Below are positions 1 to 11,374 of a DNA stretch of 52,897 nucleotides, piece by piece. Source of the stretch: Trichosphaerium sp. ATCC 40318 (taxonomy: Eukaryota; Protista; Tubulinea); contig JALMLS010000449.1 in the NCBI GenBank assembly GCA_038496445.1, positions 1-52,897 of the forward strand, in the 5' to 3' direction. Each line of letters opens with the position of its first letter. Positions within the stretch are counted from its first letter, which is position 1. A program made the translations under genes and the position numbers. Below the pieces are notes generated by a model that worked only from the letters and a program-made list of their open reading frames with translations, did no database searches and was not told the DNA's origin.

Positions 1-534
1 AATAGTGTAGGTATAGGTGTAATATCTATGCTTTATGCTGTAGTCTTCTCCACCATTTAAGTCAAGCCTCTGGAGTGTTGATAGCTGACATATTTCTCTT
101 AAACCCTCATTGGTAACACCCATACACAAGGAGAGGTGTTTAAGGTTAGTAAACACTCTTAATTTGGTTAAAGATTCGGTTGTTAGCCAAGTGAATTTAG
201 CGGCCATTTTCGCTGCTTCTTCCATTGTTATAGGTTTGTTTGTTCTTGACTCGTGTGAACTAAACTCTTTGTAGTATCCAGGTGCATTTTTTAATTGCAG
301 GGTGGTTACCTTTGTCACAAAATTGAACTTTTCAGTGAAATAGTTTAGATTATTGATGCTATGTGTTGTGACAGTTGATTTAATACCAGTTGACCATAAA
401 AATGTGTTCCACAAAGAAGACGTTGATGCAAGTCTGTCCTTTGCACTTTGGTCTAGATAAGCGCTAATACAGTACCACGGGTCAATACCTAGTGAGTACC
501 AATCTGTTTTGGCGTCTGAAATGATATCCGAGCT
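1..534 (-). CDS. F-box/leucine-rich-repeat protein (partial: runs off the window start; upstream exon not resolved)
   Basis: Manual translation of the minus strand is open from about 534 to 1: WYSLGIDPWYCISAYLDQSAKDRLASTSSLWN (F-box-like) then LTTESLTKLRVFTNLKHLSLCMGVTNEGLREICQLSTLQRLDL (LRR). A GT..AG intron lies upstream (about 535-595). Absent from the ORF track because it has no stop in the window. Confidence 0.7.
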
Positions 535-780
535 TCGTAATTAGTATTAGCAATAAAATAGTGACGGAAACATCACAGAGCGTAAATATAAGTACCTTGT
601 AGACATACAGTCTTTACCTGACTGTAGCATAACTATTTGATGCTATGGTATCTTGGTTTTGGTTCTCGTACTCTATGCAACACGCATGTGGGAACTACAC
701 TGCGGTTAAGGCATTGTTAACAAACTTACATAAGGCACTGGAAACTGGCTCCTTTTATTGAATTACTCAATAAATCGTGT

Positions 781-3754
781 ATGAGCTTTGGTAACTATGT
801 GCCACCAAAGTGCACGTTTCTAGGTGCTCCACCTCCTGAAAACGCGACGTTTGGGTTTCTTGGAAGCTTTGTACCGCCAAATAATACACAGACCCTCAAC
901 ACCAACCAGTACGCTTTAATTTGTATTAACAAGCGCTTTTAATGATAAACTAAACAACACAGAATAACAACGCCTCTAAATGTACCTCAACACATTCAAC
1001 GTGCGTCTGCGGCACCCAAAACGAGTCAAACATCGCTTGTAAACTCTTTTCATAAACCACAGGTCGGGTTTGGGCTGTACGTTAACGCCATTACGCTGAC
1101 TGCGCTTCTTGACTATACAATAGCTCTGCCAACCCATCACAATATTCACAACAACCTCCTTCACAACTACAAATTGATGCACAGCAACAAAAGCCTTCAG
1201 TACAACCCGTTAGCACTGTACATACGCATACGGCTCAATTTGAGCCACAACATCCGCCACAGTTCGGATTCAACCTATCTTCTTTGCCTCCGGCATCACA
1301 ACAGATGGGATTTAATCCATTTTCTTTTTGTCCGACTCTTGAAGATCAGGAACCAACAGAGTCGATAAACATGGAGCTAATAAATGTAAATAATATAAGG
1401 GTTACAGGCTGCGAGTCTAAGAAGAGCTTGGAAGCACTAAAAGGGTTAAATGCTGTAAAAGGTACCGTGCTATTTAAGTTGCATTGAAGGACTTAATTTA
1501 TGAAAAAGCTAAGGATGGTTGGGATGTTGATGTTAGTTTATATGATACCCTTAAATCTAGTCTTGAGGATCTACCTAATGTTGTTAGTTGCCTTCCGAGA
1601 GATATAGTAAACCTATTTCTAAAGAATGAGGTTTCCTCACTCACTGATACAATCAGTTACGTCCATAGAGTTGCTTGTTTACTTTTTTTATGTTTCTCAC
1701 AATCTGTATGATTAGATGAAGATGATGTTTCAAAGAAAGTACCAGAGGTTCTTTGGAAAGCATTGTATAACTATCAAAAAGAGGGTGTATAGTAAGACAA
1801 CCACTTGTAACTAAGGTTTTGTTAATTTAATGTTGGACTTAGTTTTGGTGTTCGTCATAGAGGCAGACTTCTATTGGCAGATGAAATGGTTCTCCACTTT
1901 TTTTTCGAGTTTTAATACTTATTATTTATAGGGTTTAGGCAAGACGTTACAGGCTATAGCTATAGCAACATATTATATTGAAGAATGGCCTCTTTTAGTT
2001 GTAGCTCCCTCTCAAATGATTGGGACTTGGCTTGAGGTGAGCAAAGTCCTTTGATAGTCTCTTGTTTTGACTTAACAACTAGGAATTTGCTACTTGGGTT
2101 CCAAATGTTACAGCCAAGAAATTATCTAAAAATAGCCCTACATGTGATGTTAATGTCTTGTCCTTTGATATGGCAGTCAAGTTACAAGATAAGATATCTG
2201 GTATTGGATTCAATGCTATAATCATCGACGAGTGTCATATGTTGAAGAATCATAGCACAAAGCGAGCCAAAGGCATTCTTCCTTTTGTACAAGTACACAT
2301 GCCAAGCTCTGAAGTACAATAGCTTATTTTTTATGACTTAGAGTAGCAAGGTTTCGATTTTACTATCTGGAACGGCTACACCTTCTAGACCAATTGAGGT
2401 TTTCTCACAGATATCTGTAAGTACAAGACAAGTCTTTTTTCTTTTCTTTTTTTTTTCTCTTTCGGAACTTAGTAGCTACTATCTAATGTTTCGATTCTAA
2501 TTGTCATTAAGGCGTTACAACCTCATATATTTCCAACAGTATCACGGTTTGGTGCTAGGTATTGTGGGGGTGTAGAGGTACGTTTCTTATTTCTTTCTTA
2601 CAATATATGTATTTTTAATGTTTTAAATGTAGGCTGGATGGGGTGGTGCTTATAAAGGTGCATCGAACTTGAATGAGCTTCATCTTTTATTATCAAGTAC
2701 TGTGATGCTTAGGCGATGTAAAAGCGATATTGTAAATGAACTACCGCCTAAAATTCGATTTAAAATCGACATGCAATTATACAATGTACAAAACAACCCA
2801 AAAACAACTTTTCTTTTATTTATTTCTATTGGCTCTCACTCTTTCCATGAACTGTTTACTTATATTTATGTACTTAGGATGTACCTGATGTGCAAGGTCT
2901 TAGTAAAGATGAAGCAGAAGCTTTTCAATATGCAACGCTATTTGAAGGACCGTCAAAAGAAAAGCTTATGCAGTTGTATAATGATAGCGCTCGCATCAAG
3001 AGACCTCTTGTTTTGGACTACATAAGAAATCTTTTATCTAAGAGGAATGACAAGATTCTTGTATTTGCATACCACAAAACGATGATAGAATCACTTTGCG
3101 AATTATGCGAAGTACGTTCTTCTTCTGATTTTTTTTTTGATGCTTAACTTTACTAGTCTTGCGTGAAATACATACGTATTGATGGTAGTACACCTTCAAG
3201 TGCACGTCATAGTCTTGTGAAACAATTTCAGAATGATCCTGGTACACGTGTTGCTGTACTTTCATTGGTAGCAGCTAGTACTGGTATTACATTAACACGG
3301 GCAAGTATCGTTGTTATGGCAGAACTTTACTGGTATGTCTACCCTCTTTGTTGATCCTTCTGTTTATCTATATTGCCATTTAATATCTTTTGATTGTGAT
3401 TGTTTTACTTTTTGCATTACCAAGTCACGTGGCTTCAATCGACTCCACTTTTATATTTTTTTTCTTTTCTTTTTCTTATTTTTTTTGTTTAGGAATCCTG
3501 GTACTTTATGTCAAGCTGAAGATCGTGCACATAGGATAGGACAAGAGAATAATGTAGAAGTACATTATCTTACAACAAAAGGGACTATTGATGATCATAT
3601 ATGGCCCATGATTACTGAAAAATTAAGTGTTACTGGAAAAATTCTTGATGGACAAGAAGCCGTTTTAACTATTGATACAGATAGTACGGCACATAAAAGA
3701 AAACAAACATATCTCGACTCATTAAAAAGTAGTAAGAGAATTAAACTAAAATAA
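781..3754 (+). CDS. SMARCAL1: SNF2-family annealing helicase, SMARCAL1/ZRANB3-like, multi-exon
   Basis: Spliced exons give [27 protein letters not shown] (motif I), [15 protein letters not shown] (motif II), [56 protein letters not shown]. The ATG at 781 opens a Pro/Gln-rich N-terminus; this start is inferred. Confidence 0.88.
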
Positions 3755-4611
3755 ACCACAACCTCACAAAGGAGCTATTTCATAAAGAAACAAAACGTAA
3801 GAAAAGTAACCAGAGCTGATTTCGAAATATTGTTACTGTTTTCACATTTCTTCAATCATTAGCAAGCACGTGCCTTTCTCCTCTTACCTACACATAGTTA
3901 TATATAAGGATATTTTACTGGTATAGCACGCATAGGCTCGTGACCAACACAACAAGTGCCATAAAAAGACATGATAGTGGTTTCAGGAATCAGCCTCAAC
4001 TCTACTACATATTCTGTTCAACAGGCTCTGTGATATGATCGCTGGGCTAGACTAAACGAAACAACAACCCCCAGAAAAACACAGCTAAATAATAGACGTA
4101 GTATTGTCACGTGATTACTCTGCATAACTAATATGTTGCTATATAGTATTATCTAGGACCTTACGGAGCTCGTGAGTCTTTGATCATTAACTGAATATCT
4201 GATACTTCCAGCGTTTAATAAGCTAATAAGACTAAGAAGTTATTATCACACAAGCTGTGAGAACACCAACGTGTTTGCTAGAGATTTGTGTAATAAAACG
4301 TTTTCTCACGTGACAAAGTACATTCCGGCTCACAAAACTATTTTACAAAAAAGTTGCCAGCTGTGTTGTCTGTTTGGTATGATGCTCCTGGATAGGAATC
4401 AGTAGCAAGAACACAACCCTAAGCAATTACAAGATAACGATGGAACAAACGATGGATATAGCTTCACTACAGATAGCGCTAGCAGCTCAAATATACGATA
4501 TTAAACGTTCATAGTTGTTGATGTCATAATTTGGTAGTTTGGTAGTTTTTATTAGTTCCGTCATGGAGTAAAAGGAAGTTCATCATATAAATAACGACGC
4601 CAACACACAAC

Positions 4612-5145
4612 ATGTCTTATATTGACGTTTTCTTCGCAAACAAAGCAACCCAAGGACCTGGATATCACAGCATAGCCTTCAAGATTAAAAGAACAACGAC
4701 CATCCCAATAGGAAAGGCTCTCGACGAACTTATTACAAAGACAACTTCTCCTGGTTTCCACTTTCCTCAACCAAGTAACAGAGTCGTTGTGACATGTAAC
4801 AGATATCTAAGAGAAAATGACCTCCCAAGTGATATCCCTAAATTTTGCAGCTACATCATTGTATTCCCTAGAGGATATAATAAGGAATTGGTCACAAATG
4901 CTTTACTTCATCTCACAAAGAGTTCATCATCTGGAAGAAGAGTCGATAGAAAAAAGTGGTTGACAAGAATGAAATCATCACAACTATTGAGAACAAGAAT
5001 ATCAAAAAGAATCACAAATAATACTCAAAATACTCAACCTCGCGCATCTCTCACCAAGAAAACACGTATCGCTAAACTGAAAAAGGGTGCTCTTGCCACA
5101 CAAAAAAAAGCAAAGAGTTTCCTTATGTCGAGAGTGGGTGTTTAA
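4612..5145 (+). CDS. hypothetical protein, 177 aa, very basic C-terminal half
   Basis: Single-exon ATG..TAA ORF with TATA-like ATATAAAT just upstream and AATAAA-like signal downstream. No family recognised. Confidence 0.55.
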   Translation: MSYIDVFFANKATQGPGYHSIAFKIKRTTTIPIGKALDELITKTTSPGFHFPQPSNRVVVTCNRYLRENDLPSDIPKFCSYIIVFPRGYNKELVTNALLHLTKSSSSGRRVDRKKWLTRMKSSQLLRTRISKRITNNTQNTQPRASLTKKTRIAKLKKGALATQKKAKSFLMSRVGV

Positions 5146-5549
5146 AGAATTGACATGTATTGTACATAAGAAAAAAAAAGTTCCAAACTGTTTGTAAATA
5201 AAAATAACCTTGTATAACACAAGTCTTTGTTTGTTTGTTTCCAGTACTGTTAAATACTTTCGCTCCTTTGATAATTCTTTTTATAAACGAAATAAAACAT
5301 GAGGTCATTCTGTAGTGGAAAAACAGACGGAATAGAATTTATGAATTAGGCGAATCAATCACGAAAACACGTGATTTTTTAATGATTGAAATACACTTCT
5401 AACGTACTAAAGCTCATCACCCGAAACTGGCTTGGTTTTTATACAAGCTTTCATCGTGTTTCACATAAAGTAATCCGGTTTGGCGAAGAGAGCGTTAGGC
5501 TAAAAGCAACAAAAAAAACAGATAAATAACCAAACACAACGAGAATAAC

Positions 5550-6315
5550 ATGTCAGCTATAGAAGTCAAAGTAGTTGTAGTCGGAGACGGAGCAGTAGGC
5601 AAAACGTAAGATCCAAAGCGCAATGAACTCTTTTTTTCTTACCTCTTTTCGTAGGGCTTTGCTACTTACATACGCTAAAGGAAAGTTTCCTGAAGGATAC
5701 ACGCCAACAGTTTTGCAAGTGCTTCACTTTTACTCGTTCCTTTTGAACACGTGTTACGAAGAGATTACTTATGTTTACTTTAGTGATAACTATGCGTGTA
5801 CTTTAAACACATCAACAGGACAGGAAATCACTTTGACGCTATGGGATACAGCAGGGTACGCGAAATCTCCGAAAACTATGCAAAAAAATAGTTTATGTTG
5901 TTTTCGAACTATCAATGATTTATGATCTAAGACATGTTCTAGGCAAGAAGAATACGATAGAATAAGACCACTCTCATATGCAAACGCTGGTGTTTTCCTC
6001 GTTTGTTATTCATGTGCCAATGAGAATTCTTTATCAAATGTTAAAGCAAAGTGGATTCCAGAAATTTCACATTATGCTCCCGGTGTTCCTTTTATCTTAG
6101 TAGGAACAAAGTCAGACCTGAAACAGACAATGCCTGACGGTGGTGTATCTACAGAGCAAGCTCAAGCATTGGCTAAAGATCAGGGTGCAGTACAACACAT
6201 GGAATGTTCAGCAAAAACTGACGAAAAAAGTATTAAAGATATTTTTGATCATTCTATTCAAAGCGTTTTACATCCTTCCAAGAAAAAGAAACATAAAAAG
6301 TGCAGTATCTTGTAA
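5550..6315 (+). CDS. Rho/Rac-family small GTPase, 4 exons
   Basis: Spliced: KVVVVGDGAVGKT (G1), YTPTVFDNY (switch I), LWDTAGQEEYDRIRPLSY (G3), LVGTKSDL (G4), ECSAK (G5), polybasic KKKKHKK and CAAX CSIL. Confidence 0.95.
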
Positions 6316-6699
6316 ACAGATATTCAATAATAAAACCTGTATTGTATATATCCATGTGTTAAAAAGTACTCAGAGGATTAACCGTTAAACCCAAAGAAAC
6401 TGTTGCTTTTCAAGAGACGTAGAAGTACAAAATGTGAAAACGTAATTTGAATTCGCATTCAATAGCTGTAACGCACGTGCGTGACGTTCACGAAAAACAA
6501 TATTTTTTCTGGTGTCCACTTTCTTTAAACTCTTCCCGTACTCATAACCGCACCTACGCTAATAGAACGTTTTATATACCGGCGTCAACATAACGCATTT
6601 CGTTTACGTAGAAAAAAGTAATACAAACTGCAACAAAGTACTGAAAGTGTGGTTTATGTGTTGCTTGTACGTATTTATCACGTGACTACAGGTTAAATC

Positions 6700-7543
6700 T
6701 AACACCTTACGAAAGAGCATTGCATGACCCAGTTCCTGCGTCCTTTACGAGCGACACCAGTAACCCAAGTATTTTCTGGGCAAGATTGAACGATAGAATT
6801 CTTGTTCATCACTGGTACTTCTACACAAAAAAATACATGTCAGGTACAAACAAATGAAGAAAATATAAACAAGTTATGAATATCTCGCATATCCAACATT
6901 TTAAGGTTGTGCACGTACTGAAGAGACTGTAGAACATATCTACTCTGCATTCTTTAGATACACCTTGGCAGGCAAATTTAAAAGTTCTACCAGCGCTGGA
7001 GACGCGTGTAGCGTTCACACCTAAATGTAAACATCAGAAATTTAACTCCGTAAAAAAATAACCAAAGAGTCTTCTGGATCTTCGTTCGTACCGACCATAA
7101 CGCCATGCTCGCAGCTGAAATCGAAAGCAGTAGTATAGTGTACATCACTCCATTCACGTGGCTCGTTATTGTAAACGTTTTGGGCTGGTTTTGAAGATAC
7201 AAGGTGAAACAAGCTGTCCTTGATGAAGTTAGAGGTTTTTCTTGTCATAAAGGCATAGCCATTGTCTCAAACGTACTTTTGCCAATAGACTCATGCTTAA
7301 TCCTCTGATACCATGTTCTTTTGGCACGATACGGCTCCACTCAGTACCAGCAGGTGTAACTTCGAGTTTATTGTCAACAGTACGCCTATTATCACGTGTT
7401 ATAAGTATAGGTTTCCAGATAGACTCTTTGGTGACAAAACAACGCACCCAACGTTTGTAATGGCAAAAGCTACAGCAATCAAAGCGCATAAAAGAAGAGT
7501 TACTCTCATGGTGGTGAAGGGATGGTTTCTTTTGTTTTAACAA
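6700..7543 (-). CDS. putative multi-exon Cys/Trp-containing protein; exon structure unresolved
   Basis: Successive short minus-strand open segments separated by GT..AG-like gaps, ending ..QSCPENTWVTGVARKGRRNWVMQCSFVRC. No family recognised. Confidence 0.35.
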
Positions 7544-8025
7544 TAATCACAGGTCCGTGATTTGGATTCACATTCTCGTTATAGCGGCAAAAGAGGCGAA
7601 GATATGAATGTGGTATAGTGCACGTCGTAGCTATAAAAAAACAAGGGCAGTGCTTACAATGAAATTGGCTTTGAACTTAAGGATCTTTTTTTTGTGTTTT
7701 CTAATAAGCGTGGCAATAGTCGCGCTGGGCGTAGTAGTATGATAGCGAGTGATGTAAAGTTTTGTTAAACGAGAACAACATTTTGTACACGTGTTTCAGC
7801 GTAACCCTCTATATTGGCGAAGTAAGTCGGTATTACGTTCGCCTACCCAAGCGAGTACTCACTTTATTGTATTTTTTTCTGCTATTGTACAGGACTTAAC
7901 CGAGAAACAATTACTGTAATAACAACTTCAAAGTCATTCTACACAGGACTATGAAGCAAAACAAGCTTGCCATAATCACTCAAGTTTTCTTTATAACACA
8001 CAAACGGAAAAGCTCTGCTGACTTG

Positions 8026-8295
8026 TTAGCTGGCGTGTGGACAGCAAGACGAGATTGGCCTGAAAGGTACCAGGTCTAAGACTTGTGCCGATGTGCTAAT
8101 ACCCCTACAGGTCTCAAGGAAAGGAGATGGGGAGCGTAGCAGTGGTTGGCGGGTCTCAGGATTGACATTTATTCGGGAAGTACACGGAGTTGCAACAGCA
8201 AAGGAGAGAAGGGGTAAGTGAACAGTCCAGCCCAGTCTAGTCCTTGAGATTTTCCCTGGCGTAAACGCCTGCAGCGGTTTCCTCAAACGACAACT
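8026..8295 (+). ncRNA. candidate structured RNA (GC-rich island with stems)
   Basis: GC-rich relative to its flanks. GGTCTCAAGGA (8110) pairs with TCCTTGAGATT (8241); hairpins GGCCTG..CAGGTC and GGCGTAAACGCC; G-U pairs favour the + strand. Confidence 0.25.
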
Positions 8296-8865
8296 TAAAA
8301 GAAATTTACATAATTCAACAAGGAAATGTTGTGTAAGCCATTGCAAATAGAATTTTGTGCTTGTTTTTGTTGGGTTTCAAATTTTTACCAGTTCTAAAAA
8401 AACAGATTTAACTGGTACGTCAGACTCTTAGAAGCTACATGATATTCATAACATCTGGCGCATAAAGAAACTTACACACAGTTGTAGCCTTCATTCCCAA
8501 TAGCTCACGATGTTGATATAGACGCTTGTAGCAAGAGGCAAAAATAATCTTCATAAAAAAATTGATTGTGGTACAAAAAGTTAACAGAACAAGTTAAACA
8601 AGCTTTGTAGAAGAGTGGTTAGCAGCTATTAGTGTTAAATAGCTGACTCATATGGGTTTGGGAGGCAGAGCCTAGCGGCGACTGCGCTTCATAACCAGTT
8701 GTCTCCCTTTGTCAGTTCAATATCACTTTAACATTTCTTCTTGACTTTTTGTTCCACATTTTAGTATACACCGACTCATAACACTATCATTAGAATCAAT
8801 GTAGATAGATTCATTGCCTCGAAGTCATTTTTATTTAAAAGCCGAATTTCAATAGTAATGCCATA

Positions 8866-9915
8866 TTAGGGTCTTGTTATCGTATGAGCACCAGTCAATT
8901 CCTTTACAATTTCATCTGTCATAGCTCCATCTGTCATAGCTAGTTTTGTTAAGCCGATAGTGTGCACACCTACAAGCGCTTTTAATGCTGCAACTGTTAT
9001 GCTTATATATTTCAAATTGATTTTATGTACACCTGCCAACGCCTTGATACCCTCATCTGTAATTGTATTACAAAAATGCAAGTTGATGGTGTGAACTCCT
9101 GCCAGTGCCTTCACACCCTCATCTGTAATTGAGCAATAAGCCAAGTTGATGGTGTGAACTCCTGCCAGCGCCTTGATACCCTCATCTGTTACGCTTGTGT
9201 GTTCCAAATCAATTTTATGTACACCTGCCAACGCCTTGATACCCTCATCTGTTATACCCTCATCTGTTTTTAAGCCACAATAACCCAAGTTGATGGTGTG
9301 AACTCCTGCCAACGCCTTTATACCCTCATCTGTTATTGAGCCGCAATAACGCAACTTGATGGTGTGAACTCCTGCCAGCGCCTTCAAACCCTCATCTGTA
9401 ACACCTGTATATGTCAAATCAATATCATGTACACCCGCCAACGCCTTGATACCCTCATCTGTAATTGTGGTACAATAAAACAAGTTGATGGTGTGAACTC
9501 CTGCCAGCGCCTTCAAACCCTCATCTGTAACACCTGTATGTGTCAAATCAATATCATGTACACCCGCCAACGCCTTGATACCCTTAGCTGTAATTTTGTA
9601 GCACTTTTTCAATTTGATTGATTGTACTCCCCTCAATAGCTTGATAGTATAGTCTGTTACATGTTCACGATCACGAAAGTGAATAGTTGTATTCTGGAGC
9701 AATGCACTACCAGAAAGGATTTTCACATCATTTTCTGTAATGTTGATACAACCATACCCAACGTATTTTTGGACAACATCGTACAAAAAGTGGCATGTAT
9801 GGGCTGTATTGAGTGCGTGAATCCCTTGTTTGAGTATATGAACTATTATTTCAATTGGCAGCGCTATTAGGTAGGATACCGGCTGAAGTGTATTTTCAAT
9901 GTCTTTTTTTTCCAT
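8866..9915 (-). CDS. intronless F-box + cysteine-containing LRR protein
   Basis: LIALPIEIIVHIL..TAHTCHFLYDV (F-box) followed by about 10 near-identical repeats ITDEGIKALAGVHTINL. The first ATG after the shared upstream element is 9915 (MEKKD); the ORF track extends to 10119. Confidence 0.85.
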   Translation of the reverse strand: MEKKDIENTLQPVSYLIALPIEIIVHILKQGIHALNTAHTCHFLYDVVQKYVGYGCINITENDVKILSGSALLQNTTIHFRDREHVTDYTIKLLRGVQSIKLKKCYKITAKGIKALAGVHDIDLTHTGVTDEGLKALAGVHTINLFYCTTITDEGIKALAGVHDIDLTYTGVTDEGLKALAGVHTIKLRYCGSITDEGIKALAGVHTINLGYCGLKTDEGITDEGIKALAGVHKIDLEHTSVTDEGIKALAGVHTINLAYCSITDEGVKALAGVHTINLHFCNTITDEGIKALAGVHKINLKYISITVAALKALVGVHTIGLTKLAMTDGAMTDEIVKELTGAHTITRP

Positions 9916-10062
9916 TCGGGTTACACTAGACAAATGAGTTTGTGGAATGAATAAGCTGGGGGTTTTTGTGTTGTACTTAACATGTAATACGTTGCTACTA
10001 TTCAACGTTAGTGCTAATCTGTTTTGTTTAGAGTTTTTGTCAGTTAAACAACACCTTCGCCA

Positions 10063-10123
10063 AGCTGTGGGTTTTATATTTGCAAAGAATGTTGTTAGCG
10101 AACACGTGTTAATATTCAATGAC
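10063..10123 (-). promoter_or_regulatory. 61-bp upstream element (CACGTG + TATA-like) shared with 15828-15888
   Basis: Reverse complement matches 15828-15888 at 58/61 positions; ends 148 nt upstream of ATG 9915. Confidence 0.6.
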
Positions 10124-10489
10124 TTCAGCGTTAGATAAGAAATTTCTTTTGATTTACTTGAAACAATGCTGTTTTTTTGAAGTATGTTGATCTATGACGG
10201 TAGTGTATGTATCTACCCAATTATCCGCCTGAAAAGATTCAAAAAATTGTTTCAATAAACTTCGGACTTCGTTTCCGGAAAAATCATTCTTATAATAACC
10301 AATTCATGTGAAGACTGGGCCGTCTTTGTTTCTTGAAGTTTTTGCTTGAAAGATGGTATCCACATGCTTAATGCTAATTGGCGGACCCGAATTGAAAACG
10401 CACTTACCAGGTTCCGCTGAATGTTAAATATTTGAAGGTTTTCTGAATCACGTGTGGTTTAAGAGGCGTCAATAAACCTGAAACCAACC

Positions 10490-11152
10490 ATGTTCGCAAC
10501 CCAAGCTCTCTTTTGTCTAGTAATTGGACTTGTCACAATACTCCATGTTCAAGGTCAAGCGATACAACCAAAACGATCTTTGGCAATTCTTGTTGGTCTA
10601 TCAGCACCTACAACAGCTGCAAACTGGCAAACACTCATGGAAAGTATAGCAGAAAATGTCAAAAGAGAGGTTGAGTATGGCACGCTCATATCATTTAACT
10701 TGTACGGTAGTATGATAAACAGAGAAGGAAGTTTTATAAACGAGGAATACAACAAACATACCAAAGACTCTATTCTCAGTCATATCAAGAACGCACTATA
10801 TGGCGGTGCTAGCTCTTGTATTGATACCTCCAGAGCACTTGAGCATGCTGTACAGACCACTCCTCAAGGACGAGCTCCTGTTTTATTCCTTGTAACAGAT
10901 GGGAGACCATGTAGCATACATGAAACTCCGCCAATCTGCTCTATTGCATCAGAGATTCATGCTCGAGGTATTAAACCTATTGTTATACTTGGAGATGGAC
11001 AAAGTGATTGGAGTAATGGAGATGGATGTGATAATGAACTTAGTCTATTTAGATGTTTGACTTTACACTCTTCAAACATTCGTTGTGAGACGGAATATAA
11101 AATTAAAAACAAATCAGGTACCAGCCAGTGGTGGTATGGTATGCATATATAG
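10490..11152 (+). CDS. secreted von Willebrand factor A-like domain protein
   Basis: Hydrophobic signal peptide (LFCLVIGLVTILHVQG); vWA-like pattern SLAILVG.., GG..TSRALEHA, VLFLVTDGRP, GIKPIVILG. The DxSxS MIDAS motif is degenerate. Confidence 0.7.
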   Translation: MFATQALFCLVIGLVTILHVQGQAIQPKRSLAILVGLSAPTTAANWQTLMESIAENVKREVEYGTLISFNLYGSMINREGSFINEEYNKHTKDSILSHIKNALYGGASSCIDTSRALEHAVQTTPQGRAPVLFLVTDGRPCSIHETPPICSIASEIHARGIKPIVILGDGQSDWSNGDGCDNELSLFRCLTLHSSNIRCETEYKIKNKSGTSQWWYGMHI

Positions 11153-11374
11153 ATGAATAGTCTGATAATTTGTGATGTATATACAAAGGCTCAAGATCTA
11201 CAATTTCAACGCTTGAAAAACACTTCTAAATTCATTGCTTTGTTCACTAAATAAACATACTTGTATGATCTTCAGAACCTTAATTTGTTCGAGTTTACCT
11301 TTCAAGTGTGACATTGAAGAGGCGTGTTGGACAAATCTTCAATAAAAATCGGGCAAAATAAGACAAAGCAACAA

